Source of the DNA: an uncultured Cytophagia bacterium
Lineage (GTDB): Bacteria; Zhuqueibacterota; Zhuqueibacteria; Thermofontimicrobiales; Thermofontimicrobiaceae
NCBI GenBank assembly: GCA_964647995.1
Contig: CAZYNP010000028.1
Location: 1,151-65,150 of the forward strand
Direction of reading: 5' to 3'
Length of the DNA: 64,000 nt
Each line of letters starts with the position of its first letter. Position 1 is the first letter of the stretch. This document shows, piece after piece, positions 35,478 through 46,372 of this stretch. Under the pieces are notes generated by a model that was not told the DNA's origin, did not search any database, and saw only the letters and a list, made by a program, of their open reading frames with translations. The position numbers were made by a program, and so were the translations under genes.

Positions 35478-38456
35478 ATGCCCATTTTGGCGACTGATCT
35501 TCAAGCGAACAGCATCATCCATGGTTTTCAGATCAAAAAAATCAGTCCCCTGTCCGATCTCAACATGATCGCTATCGAACTGGTCCATCTGAAAACCGGC
35601 GCCAGGCTGTTGCATCTTTACACGGATGATGCCGAGAATCTGTTTTCCATCAGCTTTCCAACCCCGCCGCTGGACAATACCGGTATTCCGCATATCCTGG
35701 AGCATTCCGTTCTGGCCGGCTCTCGCAAATTTCCAGTGCGAGAACCCTTTTTCGAGATGGTGAAAATGAGCATGGCCACGTTCATCAATGCCATGACCGG
35801 CTGGGATTGCACATACTACCCCGTCGCCAGCAACGTGAAACAGGATCTGTTCAATCTGGCGGAGGTCTATTTCGATGCGGTCTTCAATCCGCTATTGACC
35901 GAAATAACTTTCAAGCGAGAAGCCCACCACCTGGTCCCGTTGCAGCCAAACAAGCCGCTGGGAAAATTGGCCATCAATGGCATTGTTTACAACGAAATGA
36001 AAGGTGTTTTTTCTGATCCAGAGTCAATTTTGTATCGGACAATGGAGCGTGGTCTATTTCCAGATACGGTTTACGGCAGGGAATCGGGCGGCGATCCTGA
36101 TTTTATCCCCGAATTGACCTACGAACAGTTGCAGCAGTTTCATCGGACCTATTACCATCCCAGCAATAGCTATTTCTTCTTTTACGGCGACATTCCAACG
36201 CGGGATTATCTTCAATTTTTGAAAGATCGGCTGGATGCATTCGAGCGACGACCAGTGCAGCCGGACCTTCGGCCACAGCCTCGCTGGCAACAGCCCCGCA
36301 AAATGATGGAATCCTATCCCATCGGCGAAGCTGAACCCAGCCAGGAAAAAACCTATCTGGCGATCAACTGGTTGGTCGGACGCGGCACCAATCCGCTGGA
36401 CGTGGCCAGCCTCTATATTTTGAGCTTGATCCTGCTGGGCAATGAGGGCTCGCCGCTCAAAAAAGCCATCATTGATTCCCATCTGGGCCAGGACCTTATT
36501 TTCTCCGGCTTTCATTCGGTCGGATTGGAGACGACGTTTCGAGTGGCCCTGAAGGGATCGGAAGCCGATCGCTACGATGCTTTCGAAAAATTGGTGCTGG
36601 ACACGCTGGCGCAAATTGCCGCCAGGACGATTGAACCGGAACGGATCGCGGCTGCCTTTCAGCAAGCCAGCTACCACTACCTGGAGATATTGCCAGAATA
36701 TCCTCTGGACCTGATGGAACGCGTCCTGGAAGGGTGGATCTACGGGATCGAGCCGCTGACCTTTGTGCGAATGAAAGAACATCTGGCCGAGTGCCGGCTG
36801 CGAGCACAGTCGAATCCCCAATTTTTCAATCAACTGATTCGCGATCGACTGCTGGACAATTGCCACCGCCTATCGCTGATTCTATCTCCAGATTCGCAGT
36901 TACAATCCCGGCGTGATGCTCAACTGGCTCAAAAGCTGCAGCAGTTGCGCGAGAGATTTTCTAAGGATGAGATGCATAGAATTGCCGAAGCCGCGGCTGA
37001 AGTCGAGCGGATTTCGGGCGAACCCAATTCACCTGAGGCGCTGGCCACATTGCCCCAGCTCAAGCTGAGCGATCTGCCCCGTCGACCCGCGCACATTCCA
37101 ACCAGCCTGGAGAAACTGGCCGGTGGGGTCGATTTTCTGCACAACGATGTCTTTTCCAACGGGGTCACTTACCTTTATCTGCATTTTGATCTGAAGGGAT
37201 TGCCGCGGCACCTCTGGCCATTTCTACCCCGATATGCGGAGGCCATTCGCAAAATGGGCGCGATGGGACAAAATTATGAGCAGATCGCCAGTCGCATGGC
37301 CGCCAGCACCGGCGGCATCCACTGTTGGCCTTCGTTCACCAAACACGCGGTTGACCCTGAACAGTCGATCTGGGGACTAAAATTCAAGCTCAAAACCCTG
37401 GATGAGCAAGTTGAGCCGTCGCTGCAGTTGTTGCACGATTTGTTGTTCGGCGTGGATCCACGGGACGGTCATCGCTTGCAGGATGTGCTGCGCCAGGCGG
37501 TAACCAGATACCGCACCAGCCTGGTCCATGACGGCGCCGATACGGCTGGTCGCCACGCGGCACGAGGGTTTACGCCCGAAGGCTACCTTTCCGAACTGGT
37601 GAATGGGCTGCCCCAGTTGGAGCTGACCGAAGCGATGAACCGCGAGTTTGAAACCAGGCAACATGAGTTGATGCGCCACATCGAGGAAATTCGCAACTTC
37701 ATTCTCGACCCGGGCCGGCTGACCGTGAGTTTCACCGGTTCCGATCGCAGCGCCATTGCCGTACGACGTCATATTTCAGAGTGGATCCAGCGGATGCCCC
37801 AGGGAGTCATCAAAGAGTCGCCAATCGGCTTTATGCCCTATGAACAACCGCCCGTCGAGGGACTTGCAGGTCCCATGCAGGTGGCCTTTTGTGTGCAGAT
37901 TTTGCCAGCTCCGCATGTGTCACAACCAGAAATGGCCGCCTTAAAATTAGGGACTCGAATCATCTCGGTGGAATATATTCTCAATGAAATCCGTTTCAAA
38001 GGCAATGCTTACGGCGCCTGGTGCAACTACAATGGTCTGGATCAAGAAATCGAATTTTGCTCCTATCGCGATCCGCATATTGTCCGTACCCTGAAAGTCT
38101 TCGACGCGGTCCTGAAATATGTGCGCCAGGCCGACTGGACCTCCGGCGATATCGATCGTGCGATTATCAGCACTGCCAAGCGCTTTTTGGAACCCATTCG
38201 CCCCAAAGAGGCGACTGAGAACGCGCTGCATCGCCATCTGACCGGCCAGACCGCGGCCATCCGGGAACAACACTATGCCCAAATTCTTGCGGCCACCCCA
38301 AACGATGTAAAACGCACCACGCTGGAAGTGCTGGCGGAAAGCCTCAAGCGACGAGCAATCTGCGTTGTTTCCAGTCGCCAGAAGCTGGAGGAAGCCAATC
38401 GTCACCTCCCACGGCGGCCGTTGATCATCGAAGACATTTTGAAATCCGGCGCTTAG
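35478..38456 (+). CDS. M16-family zinc metallopeptidase (PreP/pitrilysin-like, M16C).
   Basis: It has the inverted zinc motif HILEHSVLAGS (HxxEH). The 992-aa length is typical of PreP-type enzymes. A GAGGAG ribosome-binding site is present. Confidence 0.75.
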   Translation: MPILATDLQANSIIHGFQIKKISPLSDLNMIAIELVHLKTGARLLHLYTDDAENLFSISFPTPPLDNTGIPHILEHSVLAGSRKFPVREPFFEMVKMSMATFINAMTGWDCTYYPVASNVKQDLFNLAEVYFDAVFNPLLTEITFKREAHHLVPLQPNKPLGKLAINGIVYNEMKGVFSDPESILYRTMERGLFPDTVYGRESGGDPDFIPELTYEQLQQFHRTYYHPSNSYFFFYGDIPTRDYLQFLKDRLDAFERRPVQPDLRPQPRWQQPRKMMESYPIGEAEPSQEKTYLAINWLVGRGTNPLDVASLYILSLILLGNEGSPLKKAIIDSHLGQDLIFSGFHSVGLETTFRVALKGSEADRYDAFEKLVLDTLAQIAARTIEPERIAAAFQQASYHYLEILPEYPLDLMERVLEGWIYGIEPLTFVRMKEHLAECRLRAQSNPQFFNQLIRDRLLDNCHRLSLILSPDSQLQSRRDAQLAQKLQQLRERFSKDEMHRIAEAAAEVERISGEPNSPEALATLPQLKLSDLPRRPAHIPTSLEKLAGGVDFLHNDVFSNGVTYLYLHFDLKGLPRHLWPFLPRYAEAIRKMGAMGQNYEQIASRMAASTGGIHCWPSFTKHAVDPEQSIWGLKFKLKTLDEQVEPSLQLLHDLLFGVDPRDGHRLQDVLRQAVTRYRTSLVHDGADTAGRHAARGFTPEGYLSELVNGLPQLELTEAMNREFETRQHELMRHIEEIRNFILDPGRLTVSFTGSDRSAIAVRRHISEWIQRMPQGVIKESPIGFMPYEQPPVEGLAGPMQVAFCVQILPAPHVSQPEMAALKLGTRIISVEYILNEIRFKGNAYGAWCNYNGLDQEIEFCSYRDPHIVRTLKVFDAVLKYVRQADWTSGDIDRAIISTAKRFLEPIRPKEATENALHRHLTGQTAAIREQHYAQILAATPNDVKRTTLEVLAESLKRRAICVVSSRQKLEEANRHLPRRPLIIEDILKSGA

Positions 38457-38471
38457 CCGAGGAGCAATGAA

Positions 38472-39110
38472 ATGAGCAGCCTCACGGAAGATATTTTGAA
38501 ATTATTGTTCTCGATTCTGATTGGAGGACTCATTGGCACTGAGCGCGAGTTTCGCGATAAGGCGGCAGGTTTCCGTACCATCATCTTCATTTGTGCGGGC
38601 GCCACGCTATTCACCATGCTTTCGGCCAAATTGGGCGCACCGCAGGACGTGGCACGGATCAGCGCCAATATTGTTACAGGCATTGGCTTCCTCGGTGCGG
38701 GAGCGATTTTGCGCGCCAGCGGCCGCATTGTCGGGCTCACCACCGCCTCCACCATCTGGCTTACGGCAGCGATTGGCATGGCGATTGGCGCCGGGCAATT
38801 TGTTTTGTCTCTGGTGATGACCGGCCTAACGTTGATCGTGCTCTGGCTCTTCCCATATATTGAAGAATGGATTGGCAAAATTCATGATGTTCGAACTTAT
38901 GAAATACGCTGTGCCGTGGGCGCCGATAAAATCGAACATTTCAAGGCGATTTTCGATCATCATCATTTGCGCCTAAAGTTGAGCAAGCATTGCAAGGTCG
39001 AAAACAACCGGATGGTCTGCACTTTTTTGACCACGGGTGCGCCCAAAAATCATGATCAGGCGGTCACCGAGTTGCTGGCTGATGAAAACGTTCACTCGCT
39101 GAACTTTTGA
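38472..39110 (+). CDS. mgtC: MgtC/SapB family membrane protein.
   Basis: The N-terminus LLFSILIGGLIGTEREFRDKAAGFRT is diagnostic of MgtC. Confidence 0.75.
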   Translation: MSSLTEDILKLLFSILIGGLIGTEREFRDKAAGFRTIIFICAGATLFTMLSAKLGAPQDVARISANIVTGIGFLGAGAILRASGRIVGLTTASTIWLTAAIGMAIGAGQFVLSLVMTGLTLIVLWLFPYIEEWIGKIHDVRTYEIRCAVGADKIEHFKAIFDHHHLRLKLSKHCKVENNRMVCTFLTTGAPKNHDQAVTELLADENVHSLNF

Positions 39111-39243
39111 TCCGGCCAATACTACTTTGGTAACCGGCGCCGCTTTGGTTCCCTGGTGAGCGCCAAAGCTTGGACTGGAATTCATCCGCAAGGATGTTAA
39201 ATTTGAGGTCGGAACATTTTGGCACTCCGACCGCCCCTATGAA

Positions 39244-40323
39244 ATGGAGCATTTGGGCATGGAAATGCCGGTTCGAAAGCGAATTTGTCTATTCAGCCTG
39301 TTGATTTTACTTGGCTGCCATTCACGATGGCAGCGGGTGGATCAGCTTTTTGAGATGTACGACCAGCCGAATGCGCCCGGTGCGGCCATGATGGTGATCA
39401 AGGACGGCAAGGCAATTCTAAAGAAAACCTATGGGCTGGCGCATGTTGAAAGAGGCGTGCCTGTAACCAGTAATACCAACTTTCGCCTGGCGTCGGTGAC
39501 CAAACAGTTCACCGCCATGAGCATTCTGATGTTGATCGAAACGCAGCAACTCGCGCTGGAACAAACACTCAAGGATATTTTTCCGGATTTTCCCGATTAT
39601 GGCCGCAAGATTACCGTACGCCATCTGCTGACCCACTCTTCGGGATTGATCGATTATGAAGATTTGATTCCGGATTCCGCCACCAGCCAGGTGCTCGACC
39701 GCGATGTATTACGGTTGATGATGGCGCAGGACTCGACCTACTTCGAGCCGGGCACTCAGTATCGATATAGCAACTCGGGGTATGCGGTGCTGGCAATGAT
39801 TGTCGAAAAAATTACGGGGCAATCCTTTGCGGCATTTTTAAAAAGTCGCATTTTCGATCCTCTGGGCATGAGCGGCACTGTTGCGTTTGAAAACGGCATC
39901 TCCGAGGTGAGCCATCGTGCCTATGGCTATGCCCACGAAAACGGCAGCTTCATATTTCGTGACCAGAGTCCCACCAGCGCCGTGTTGGGCGATGGGGGCA
40001 TTTATTCCTCGATTGAGGACCTCTATAAATGGGACCAGGCCCTTTACACCGATGCGCTGGTGGCTTCACAAACACTGGCCATGGCCTTTACCCCAGCAGT
40101 TCTCGCCGATGGCACGCCATTGGATTATGGCTTCGGCTGGAGGATCGATACCTACCGTGGCCATCAGCGACTGCATCATACGGGACAAACCTGCGGCTTC
40201 ACGACGATCATTCAGCGCTATCCACAGCTTCATTTTTCGATCATTATTTTGACCAATCGCCATGAACCCATGCTCACCGAACTGGCAAATGCCGTGGCCG
40301 ATCTGTACCTGTCGCAACAGTAG
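39244..40323 (+). CDS. Serine hydrolase of the beta-lactamase (class C/PBP-like) family; likely a lipoprotein.
   Basis: It has the S-x-x-K motif LASVTKQFTAM, a Y-x-N motif (RYSNSGY) and a lipobox-like LLGC. Confidence 0.65.
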   Translation: MEHLGMEMPVRKRICLFSLLILLGCHSRWQRVDQLFEMYDQPNAPGAAMMVIKDGKAILKKTYGLAHVERGVPVTSNTNFRLASVTKQFTAMSILMLIETQQLALEQTLKDIFPDFPDYGRKITVRHLLTHSSGLIDYEDLIPDSATSQVLDRDVLRLMMAQDSTYFEPGTQYRYSNSGYAVLAMIVEKITGQSFAAFLKSRIFDPLGMSGTVAFENGISEVSHRAYGYAHENGSFIFRDQSPTSAVLGDGGIYSSIEDLYKWDQALYTDALVASQTLAMAFTPAVLADGTPLDYGFGWRIDTYRGHQRLHHTGQTCGFTTIIQRYPQLHFSIIILTNRHEPMLTELANAVADLYLSQQ

Positions 40324-40399
40324 GAGCGAAACAACCATCATGTTGGAGTCCAAGTTCTTGTTCATATATCTCATTTGAGTCACAACAACGGAGACATCT

Positions 40400-41686
40400 A
40401 TGAACCGCACAATCGCAATCATACTTGGTGGCGGTCGTGGCACGCGACTTTTTCCGCTGACCCTGGAGCGCGCCAAACCGGCCGTTAGTTTCGCAGGCAA
40501 ATATCGACTGATCGACATCCCCATTTCCAACTGCATCAACTCTGGCATCAAGCGGATGTTTGTGCTCACCCAATTCCTTTCCGCCAGCCTCCATCGGCAT
40601 ATCATGCAGACCTACCAGTTCGACGTATTTTCTGATGGATTCATCGATATTCTGGCCGCCGAGCAAACGCCAGAAAGTTCGAGCTGGTTTCAGGGAACCG
40701 CCGATGCGGTACGGGCGACGCTCCGGCATACGCTGTATTATGACGCCGAACAAATTCTGATCCTTTCCGGGGATCATCTTTATCGGATGAACTACGCCGA
40801 ATTGATCGCTTATCATCGCCAACAGAAAGCCGATATTACCGTTGCCGTCTATCCCGTGTCTGTGGAAGACGCGCCTGAATTGGGCCTGTTGAAGGCCAAA
40901 GTCAGCGGCGAAGTCACCCATTTTTATGAAAAACCCCGGGAGCCCGAGATAATTAGCCAATTTCGCGCGCCGCAGGGTCTCTTTAGAGCTCGCGGTTTAG
41001 CAGTAGAGCGAGAAAGCTATTTGGCCTCGATGGGGATTTATGTGTTTCAGCCGAAGGTGCTCAGGAGCACGCTGGCCGATTTTTCGAAGACGGATTTTGG
41101 CAAACATATCATCCCCGGCGCCGTTGGGAATTATCGCGTATTTGCCTATCCTTTTACCGATTACTGGAAGGACATCGGCACGATTCGTACCTTTTTCGAC
41201 GCCAATATCTCGCTAACGCTGCCGGATCCACCCTTCAAGCTGTACTCCCGGCACTGGCCGTTTTATACACGCACTCGCTCGCTGCCGCCGAGCCGCATCA
41301 TGCGCTCCGAGATTCGCGATAGCATTTTGAGTGATGGCTCGGAAATCGTTGGGGCGCGCGTGGTTCATTCCATCATTGGGGTTCGCAGCAATGTGCGTGA
41401 GGGGACCTTGCTGGATGAAGTGGTAATGCTTGGTGCGGATTTTTTTGATAGTGATGACATGATGCGCGATCGTCCACGCAAGGATGATTCGCTGCCGCCG
41501 CTGGGCATTGGCCGCAACTGTGTTATCGAACGCGCCATTATCGACAAAAATGCCCGGATTGGCGATAATGTAATCATCCGCAACAAAGCCGCCGTGCAGA
41601 AGCTGGAAGGCAAAAATTATTGGATTCAAGATAATATCACGGTCATTCCCAAAAATGCCGTCATTCCAGCCGGAACCGAAATCTAA
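40400..41686 (+). CDS. glgC: Glucose-1-phosphate adenylyltransferase.
   Basis: The N-terminus AIILGGGRGTRLFPLT...KPAVSFAGKYRLIDIPISNCINSG matches GlgC. It also has a C-terminal left-handed beta-helix region. Confidence 0.8.
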   Translation: MNRTIAIILGGGRGTRLFPLTLERAKPAVSFAGKYRLIDIPISNCINSGIKRMFVLTQFLSASLHRHIMQTYQFDVFSDGFIDILAAEQTPESSSWFQGTADAVRATLRHTLYYDAEQILILSGDHLYRMNYAELIAYHRQQKADITVAVYPVSVEDAPELGLLKAKVSGEVTHFYEKPREPEIISQFRAPQGLFRARGLAVERESYLASMGIYVFQPKVLRSTLADFSKTDFGKHIIPGAVGNYRVFAYPFTDYWKDIGTIRTFFDANISLTLPDPPFKLYSRHWPFYTRTRSLPPSRIMRSEIRDSILSDGSEIVGARVVHSIIGVRSNVREGTLLDEVVMLGADFFDSDDMMRDRPRKDDSLPPLGIGRNCVIERAIIDKNARIGDNVIIRNKAAVQKLEGKNYWIQDNITVIPKNAVIPAGTEI

Positions 41687-41731
41687 ATTTCGTTCCCTCG
41701 TTTTTTAACTGTGTTTTGATTTGAGGAAGTT

Positions 41732-43387
41732 ATGCAATCAATCAGCCAATTTCTCATCGACAATCCCATCGTGCTGTTGTTTACCATCATCGGCCTGGGA
41801 TATCTGCTGGGTAGCCTCAAAATTGGTGGTCTCAACCTGGGAGTGGCTGCGGTGTTATTTGTGGGCATCGCTTTCGGTGCCATCGACAATCGCCTGGATC
41901 TGCCAGAGTATATTTACATTATTGGCCTGGTGCTATTCGTTTACGCCATCGGTCTTCATGCTGGACCAGGATTCTTCGCCTCGTTCCAGAAACGGGGATT
42001 GCGCATCAATATGATGGTGGTGCTGATGTTGACCTTTGGCGCAGTATTGACCATGATCTTGTGGAAAATCCTTGGCGTTTCGGTTCCCAGCATGGTGGGT
42101 CTCTATTGTGGGGCGCTCACCAATACGCCGGCACTGGCAGCCACAGTAGAAACCATCAAAAATATGGCCAAGGACCTATCGCCAGAAACCCTTCGCTTTT
42201 ATTTGAACAGTCCGGTCGTTACGTATGGCCTGGCGTACCCATTTGGCGTGTTGGGCGTTATCCTCTGGTTTTATCTGTTTGCCCGATATATGAAAGTCGA
42301 TTTCAATCAAGAAGCGCAGGTTTCGGAATCCGATGTGATCTTCACCCGCACCTTTCGCGTGACCAATCCCGGCGTTATTGGGAAAACGGTGAGCGAAGCG
42401 TTGAATTTCTATGAGCGACCGGGATTTGTGCTCAGTCGTATCCAAAAAGGGGATGAAATTTCCATTGTCGCGCCCGATACAGTGCTGGGACAGAATGATC
42501 ACATCGTGGCGGTGGGGAATGCGACGGCCTTGGAGCGAGCCCGGGTGCTGTTCGGCGAGTTGGCCAAAAAGCATCTGGACATTGCCGAGGAACCAGGGCA
42601 ATACAGCTACCGGCGCATTTTTGTGTCCAGCCGGGATGTGGTGGGCAAACGCATCGGCGAGCTGCAGCTCCAGAAAAAGTTCAATGCCACCATCACCCGG
42701 TTGCGCCGCGGCGATGTGGATTTTGTCCCGTCGGCGGATACAATTTTGGAATTGGGCGACCGCATCCGGGTGGTGACGCTACGCCAGAACCTGGATCAGG
42801 TGACCAAATTCTTCGGCGATTCCATTCGTGCTGTCTCCGAAACCGATTTCCTGTCGCTGTCACTGGGAATCGTACTGGGCGTGTTCGTGGGTACCATCCC
42901 GTTTCCGCTGCCCAATGGCATGACCTTCAAATTTGGTTTCGCCGGCGGCCCACTCATCGTCGCCCTGATCCTGGGCCGACTGGAACGTACCGGACCCATC
43001 ACCTGGAGTCTGCCTTACAGCGCCAATCTCCTGCTGCGCCAGATCGGACTCATCTTTTTTCTGGCGGCCATCGGCACCAAAGCCGGCCATGGCTTTGCCG
43101 TCACCTTCAAGACCGGCGGCTGGGGCTTTATCATCGCCGGAGCCATTATTACTTCGGCGGTAACTGTTCTCACCCTGTTGGTTGGATATAAATATTTCAA
43201 ATTACCCATGGCCGCAGTGATGGGCATTATGTCTGGCATCCAAACCCAGCCCGCCTGCCTGGCCTACGCCAACCAGCAGGTGCAGAACGAGCTGCCCAAT
43301 GTTTGGTACGCCACTGTTTACCCCGCGGCGATGGTGGCCAAGATCATTCTGGCTCAGGTGATCATTTCCATGTTTTTGCTATTGTAG
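41732..43387 (+). CDS. YidE/YbjL (AspT-like) duplicated-domain transporter with two TrkA_C (RCK_C) domains.
   Basis: It starts with the characteristic MQSISQFLIDNPIVLLFTIIGLGYLLGSLKIGGLNLG and has two internal cytoplasmic RCK_C-like segments. Confidence 0.7.
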   Translation: MQSISQFLIDNPIVLLFTIIGLGYLLGSLKIGGLNLGVAAVLFVGIAFGAIDNRLDLPEYIYIIGLVLFVYAIGLHAGPGFFASFQKRGLRINMMVVLMLTFGAVLTMILWKILGVSVPSMVGLYCGALTNTPALAATVETIKNMAKDLSPETLRFYLNSPVVTYGLAYPFGVLGVILWFYLFARYMKVDFNQEAQVSESDVIFTRTFRVTNPGVIGKTVSEALNFYERPGFVLSRIQKGDEISIVAPDTVLGQNDHIVAVGNATALERARVLFGELAKKHLDIAEEPGQYSYRRIFVSSRDVVGKRIGELQLQKKFNATITRLRRGDVDFVPSADTILELGDRIRVVTLRQNLDQVTKFFGDSIRAVSETDFLSLSLGIVLGVFVGTIPFPLPNGMTFKFGFAGGPLIVALILGRLERTGPITWSLPYSANLLLRQIGLIFFLAAIGTKAGHGFAVTFKTGGWGFIIAGAIITSAVTVLTLLVGYKYFKLPMAAVMGIMSGIQTQPACLAYANQQVQNELPNVWYATVYPAAMVAKIILAQVIISMFLLL

Positions 43388-43821
43388 AACCGAATGGCCC
43401 CGGGCCATGAATCTGCAACCTGGCTGAGACTGGTCCGATTATCAACGTTGAATATTTGATTGATTTTTGCAAAACAAATTTTTAAATTGATTCCCGGATA
43501 AAGTGATTTATCGAATTCATTCTTGAAAACGCTGAATGCAATGGCCCAGAGTTGCCCCGGCTGAGGCTCTCGTTCAATATGCGGCGTCGCGATTTTCGCT
43601 CAGCTCGGCGGAATTGGTTCAATCGAACCTCAACGCATTTTTGCTGGATCGAGTTCAGCGAAGTTCGATCGAACCGCGAAAACAATCGACCGAGCTTAAC
43701 GTTCCGACGCGCGGGGAATTCGACCCATTGCTCATAACCAATCCTGATCAATAGCGCAAAACGTGACCGTCAGCCGACACTCGTCGGGCAAGGCACATGT
43801 CTCAAATTTCGGAGGAAGGAA

Positions 43822-45006
43822 ATGCCAACATCCAATGCTACTGGAAACGCTATCCAAATTCTCTCTTTCTCGAACCAGACTTCGGAAGACAAAAAGCTGC
43901 TCAAAAAATTCATCGACTTCCACTGGCAACACTATCAAAATGAGCCTCAATTTATTCCGCTGCTGAATTACGAGTACCTCGGCTTCAAGCTGATCGGCAT
44001 CCACGGCTTCTTCGAGCCGGATAATTTGTTTTTCAAACACGCCGAGATGAAATTCTTTCTCGCCATGAAAGGCGCAGAAGTGGTTGGCCGCTGCAATGCC
44101 TTTATCAATTACAATCACAACCAACATTGGAAGGATAAAGTAGGATTCTTTGGCCAGTTTGAATGCATCGAGGATCAAGCAGTCGCGGATCGGCTGTTGC
44201 AGGCCGCAGCGGATTGGCTGAAATCCAAAGGTATGGATACCATTCGCGGGCCGCAGAATTTGCCAGTGAATGAAGCCACGCCCGGCGTGATGACCGAGGG
44301 ATTCAACTCGCGACCGGTAATTTATTACATGTACAACAAACCGTACTATGCAGACCTGCTAAAAAAAGCCGGCTTGACGCCGGTCAAACGCGTGCTCTCC
44401 TGGGAAGTGCCGGTAATGGATCCGCGCTATGAAATGCTCGAAAAGATGGCCAAAGAAGCCATCGCAAAATATGGGGTGACCATCGAAACCTGGGCGGAGC
44501 GACCACTGGCGGTCCGCAAAAAGGAAATGCTGGAAATCTATAACGATGCCTGGAACGACAACTTCGGCTTTGTGCCGTTCACCGAGGAGGAGTTCAATGT
44601 GATTGTCGATGATATGCAGCTTATCATGGACAAGAGTTTGTTTGTGATTGTCTACGTTCAAGGCGAGCCGGCGGGATTTTTTGGCGGTGTGCCCAATATC
44701 AATGAGAAAATGAAACCGCTGGCGTTCTGCAAAAAATGTGAATTGCTGCGTGCGGCCAAAATGCTGCTCACCAAAGGCGGAGCCAGGGGATTTCGATTGG
44801 GCTATCTGGGCGTTAAACGAAAATTCCAGCGCCTGGGTCTGGCAATGGTCATGTTATGGCAACAAAAAGCTTATGCCCAGAAAAAGGGCTACGAATATTG
44901 CGATATCGGCTGGGTGCTGGAGGACAATATGCCCGTCATCAAATTGGTGGAAATGATGCAAGGCTCGTTTTCAAAAGCCTACACGATTTTTCAGAAAGCG
45001 ATCTGA
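43822..45006 (+). CDS. Large GNAT-fold-like hypothetical protein (394 aa) of unknown substrate.
   Basis: The central region RGFRLGYLGVKRKFQRLGLAMVMLWQQKAYAQKKGYEY resembles a GNAT acetyl-CoA binding fold. The assignment is weak. Confidence 0.4.
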   Translation: MPTSNATGNAIQILSFSNQTSEDKKLLKKFIDFHWQHYQNEPQFIPLLNYEYLGFKLIGIHGFFEPDNLFFKHAEMKFFLAMKGAEVVGRCNAFINYNHNQHWKDKVGFFGQFECIEDQAVADRLLQAAADWLKSKGMDTIRGPQNLPVNEATPGVMTEGFNSRPVIYYMYNKPYYADLLKKAGLTPVKRVLSWEVPVMDPRYEMLEKMAKEAIAKYGVTIETWAERPLAVRKKEMLEIYNDAWNDNFGFVPFTEEEFNVIVDDMQLIMDKSLFVIVYVQGEPAGFFGGVPNINEKMKPLAFCKKCELLRAAKMLLTKGGARGFRLGYLGVKRKFQRLGLAMVMLWQQKAYAQKKGYEYCDIGWVLEDNMPVIKLVEMMQGSFSKAYTIFQKAI

Positions 45007-45131
45007 GGCGAATGTTGAATCTGGCATCGCCGGCGAAACCGGCATGGAACTGGTCAATGCTTCGTTTTTAGAATAGGAGCAATTCATTCCGTCCACAACC
45101 AGGTGGGCACTGGCGCCCCAATCACTCAAGA

Positions 45132-45162
45132 AAGCCGCTTATATAATAAGCGGCTTTTTTTT
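45132..45162 (+). terminator. Rho-independent terminator after the GNAT-like gene.
   Basis: aagccgcttat ataa taagcggctt is followed by tttttttt. Confidence 0.75.
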
Positions 45163-45532
45163 GAGTCGGCCGAATCGTTCATCGCTGTCATGAGACGTAT
45201 GTTGCGCCTGGTTACTTCTGCTGTTAGCAATTTGGTTAATGCTAACTGCAATTCTAAAATGGACATGATTATCAATAATTCTCCCATGGAACGCACGCAA
45301 AAGCATTGACAGCATTTCTTATTTTTCGGATTCCGTGTCATTCCGGGTATTCAGTATGCCAAAGGTTATCATCTCCATCGTCACGGTTCGTTTTAGAAAT
45401 TTGGGTGCTATTCAAATCTGACAAAATTTCCTGAGCGAAGGAATAAAATCTGTTGCCTATTCCGCCGCAGTCTATAACAGCAGCTTACCTTGAGCAATAC
45501 GTCAATTGCCCAAATTTACTGCATTGCCCACC

Positions 45533-46150
45533 TCATCTTTTCAAGACCTTGAAGGCTATCCCGCGCCCCTGTTGCTGCATGATCGCCAGATTGATCCAGG
45601 CCAGCGCCAATTGTTCCAGCAAATTGACTTTATCGACGCCGCCAAAATCATAGCATTCGGCAAATCCCAACTCCTTTGACAACCGTTGCGCCACTTCTTT
45701 CGCCCGGGATGAATCACCGGCCACGAACATGTCGATCCCGGTTCCATCATACGTTGGATTTTCCAGATTTTCAAAGCCCGTGGAATTGAAGCATTTCACC
45801 ACATGCTTGCAATTCGTCAATGCCAGCAGGGCTTCCACGCCATTTTGGTAGGGATCGGGTTTGACAAAAACAGCATTGGTCGTATCGATGATCACCTTAT
45901 TTTTCACATCGCCGAACCCCCGGGCCAGGTCAGGAATGGCCGTCGGAGGGGTCGCAATGACAATCACCTCAGCCGCGGCCACTGCGTCGCTGATCGCATG
46001 GGCGGAAATGTGTTGATGATATTGAAGCAATTTGGTCACCTTGCTTTCGGCAACATTTCTAACACCGAGCAAAATTTGATGTCCGGCTCTGGCAAGTCCT
46101 CTGGCCAGGGCGCCGCCAACATTGCCCGAGCCAATCATGGCAATTTTCAT
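45533..46150 (-). CDS. NADPH-dependent F420 reductase-like / pyrroline-5-carboxylate reductase-like NAD(P)-binding protein.
   Basis: It has the Rossmann motif MKIAMIGSGNVGGALARGL and the 205-aa size is typical of Npd-type reductases. Confidence 0.6.
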   Translation of the reverse strand: MKIAMIGSGNVGGALARGLARAGHQILLGVRNVAESKVTKLLQYHQHISAHAISDAVAAAEVIVIATPPTAIPDLARGFGDVKNKVIIDTTNAVFVKPDPYQNGVEALLALTNCKHVVKCFNSTGFENLENPTYDGTGIDMFVAGDSSRAKEVAQRLSKELGFAECYDFGGVDKVNLLEQLALAWINLAIMQQQGRGIAFKVLKR

Positions 46151-46372
46151 TGTTTAACTCCCTCTCATTTTGATTTAATGACTACCGAACCGCATTCTGA
46201 AACTGAAAGACTTGAGCGCAATTTAAATTCACATCCCAATCCATTCGACCGGATGAACCTGTTTTCACAGGAGGATTAGCTTCGATAGCTTTCATCCTGG
46301 TCATCAAGTTCATCCGATCGGGAATTTCCGGCAAAGGTGAAACGCTCTCACCGGGTGGATGGCCATGATCAA

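Noticed and set aside
36054-36866. 270-aa minus-strand ORF inside the M16 peptidase gene, and similar shadow ORFs such as 6607-7062, 20899-21327 and 21191-21589.
   Set aside because: Each is antisense to a well-supported gene, has a biased composition with no recognisable domains, and lacks ribosome-binding site support.
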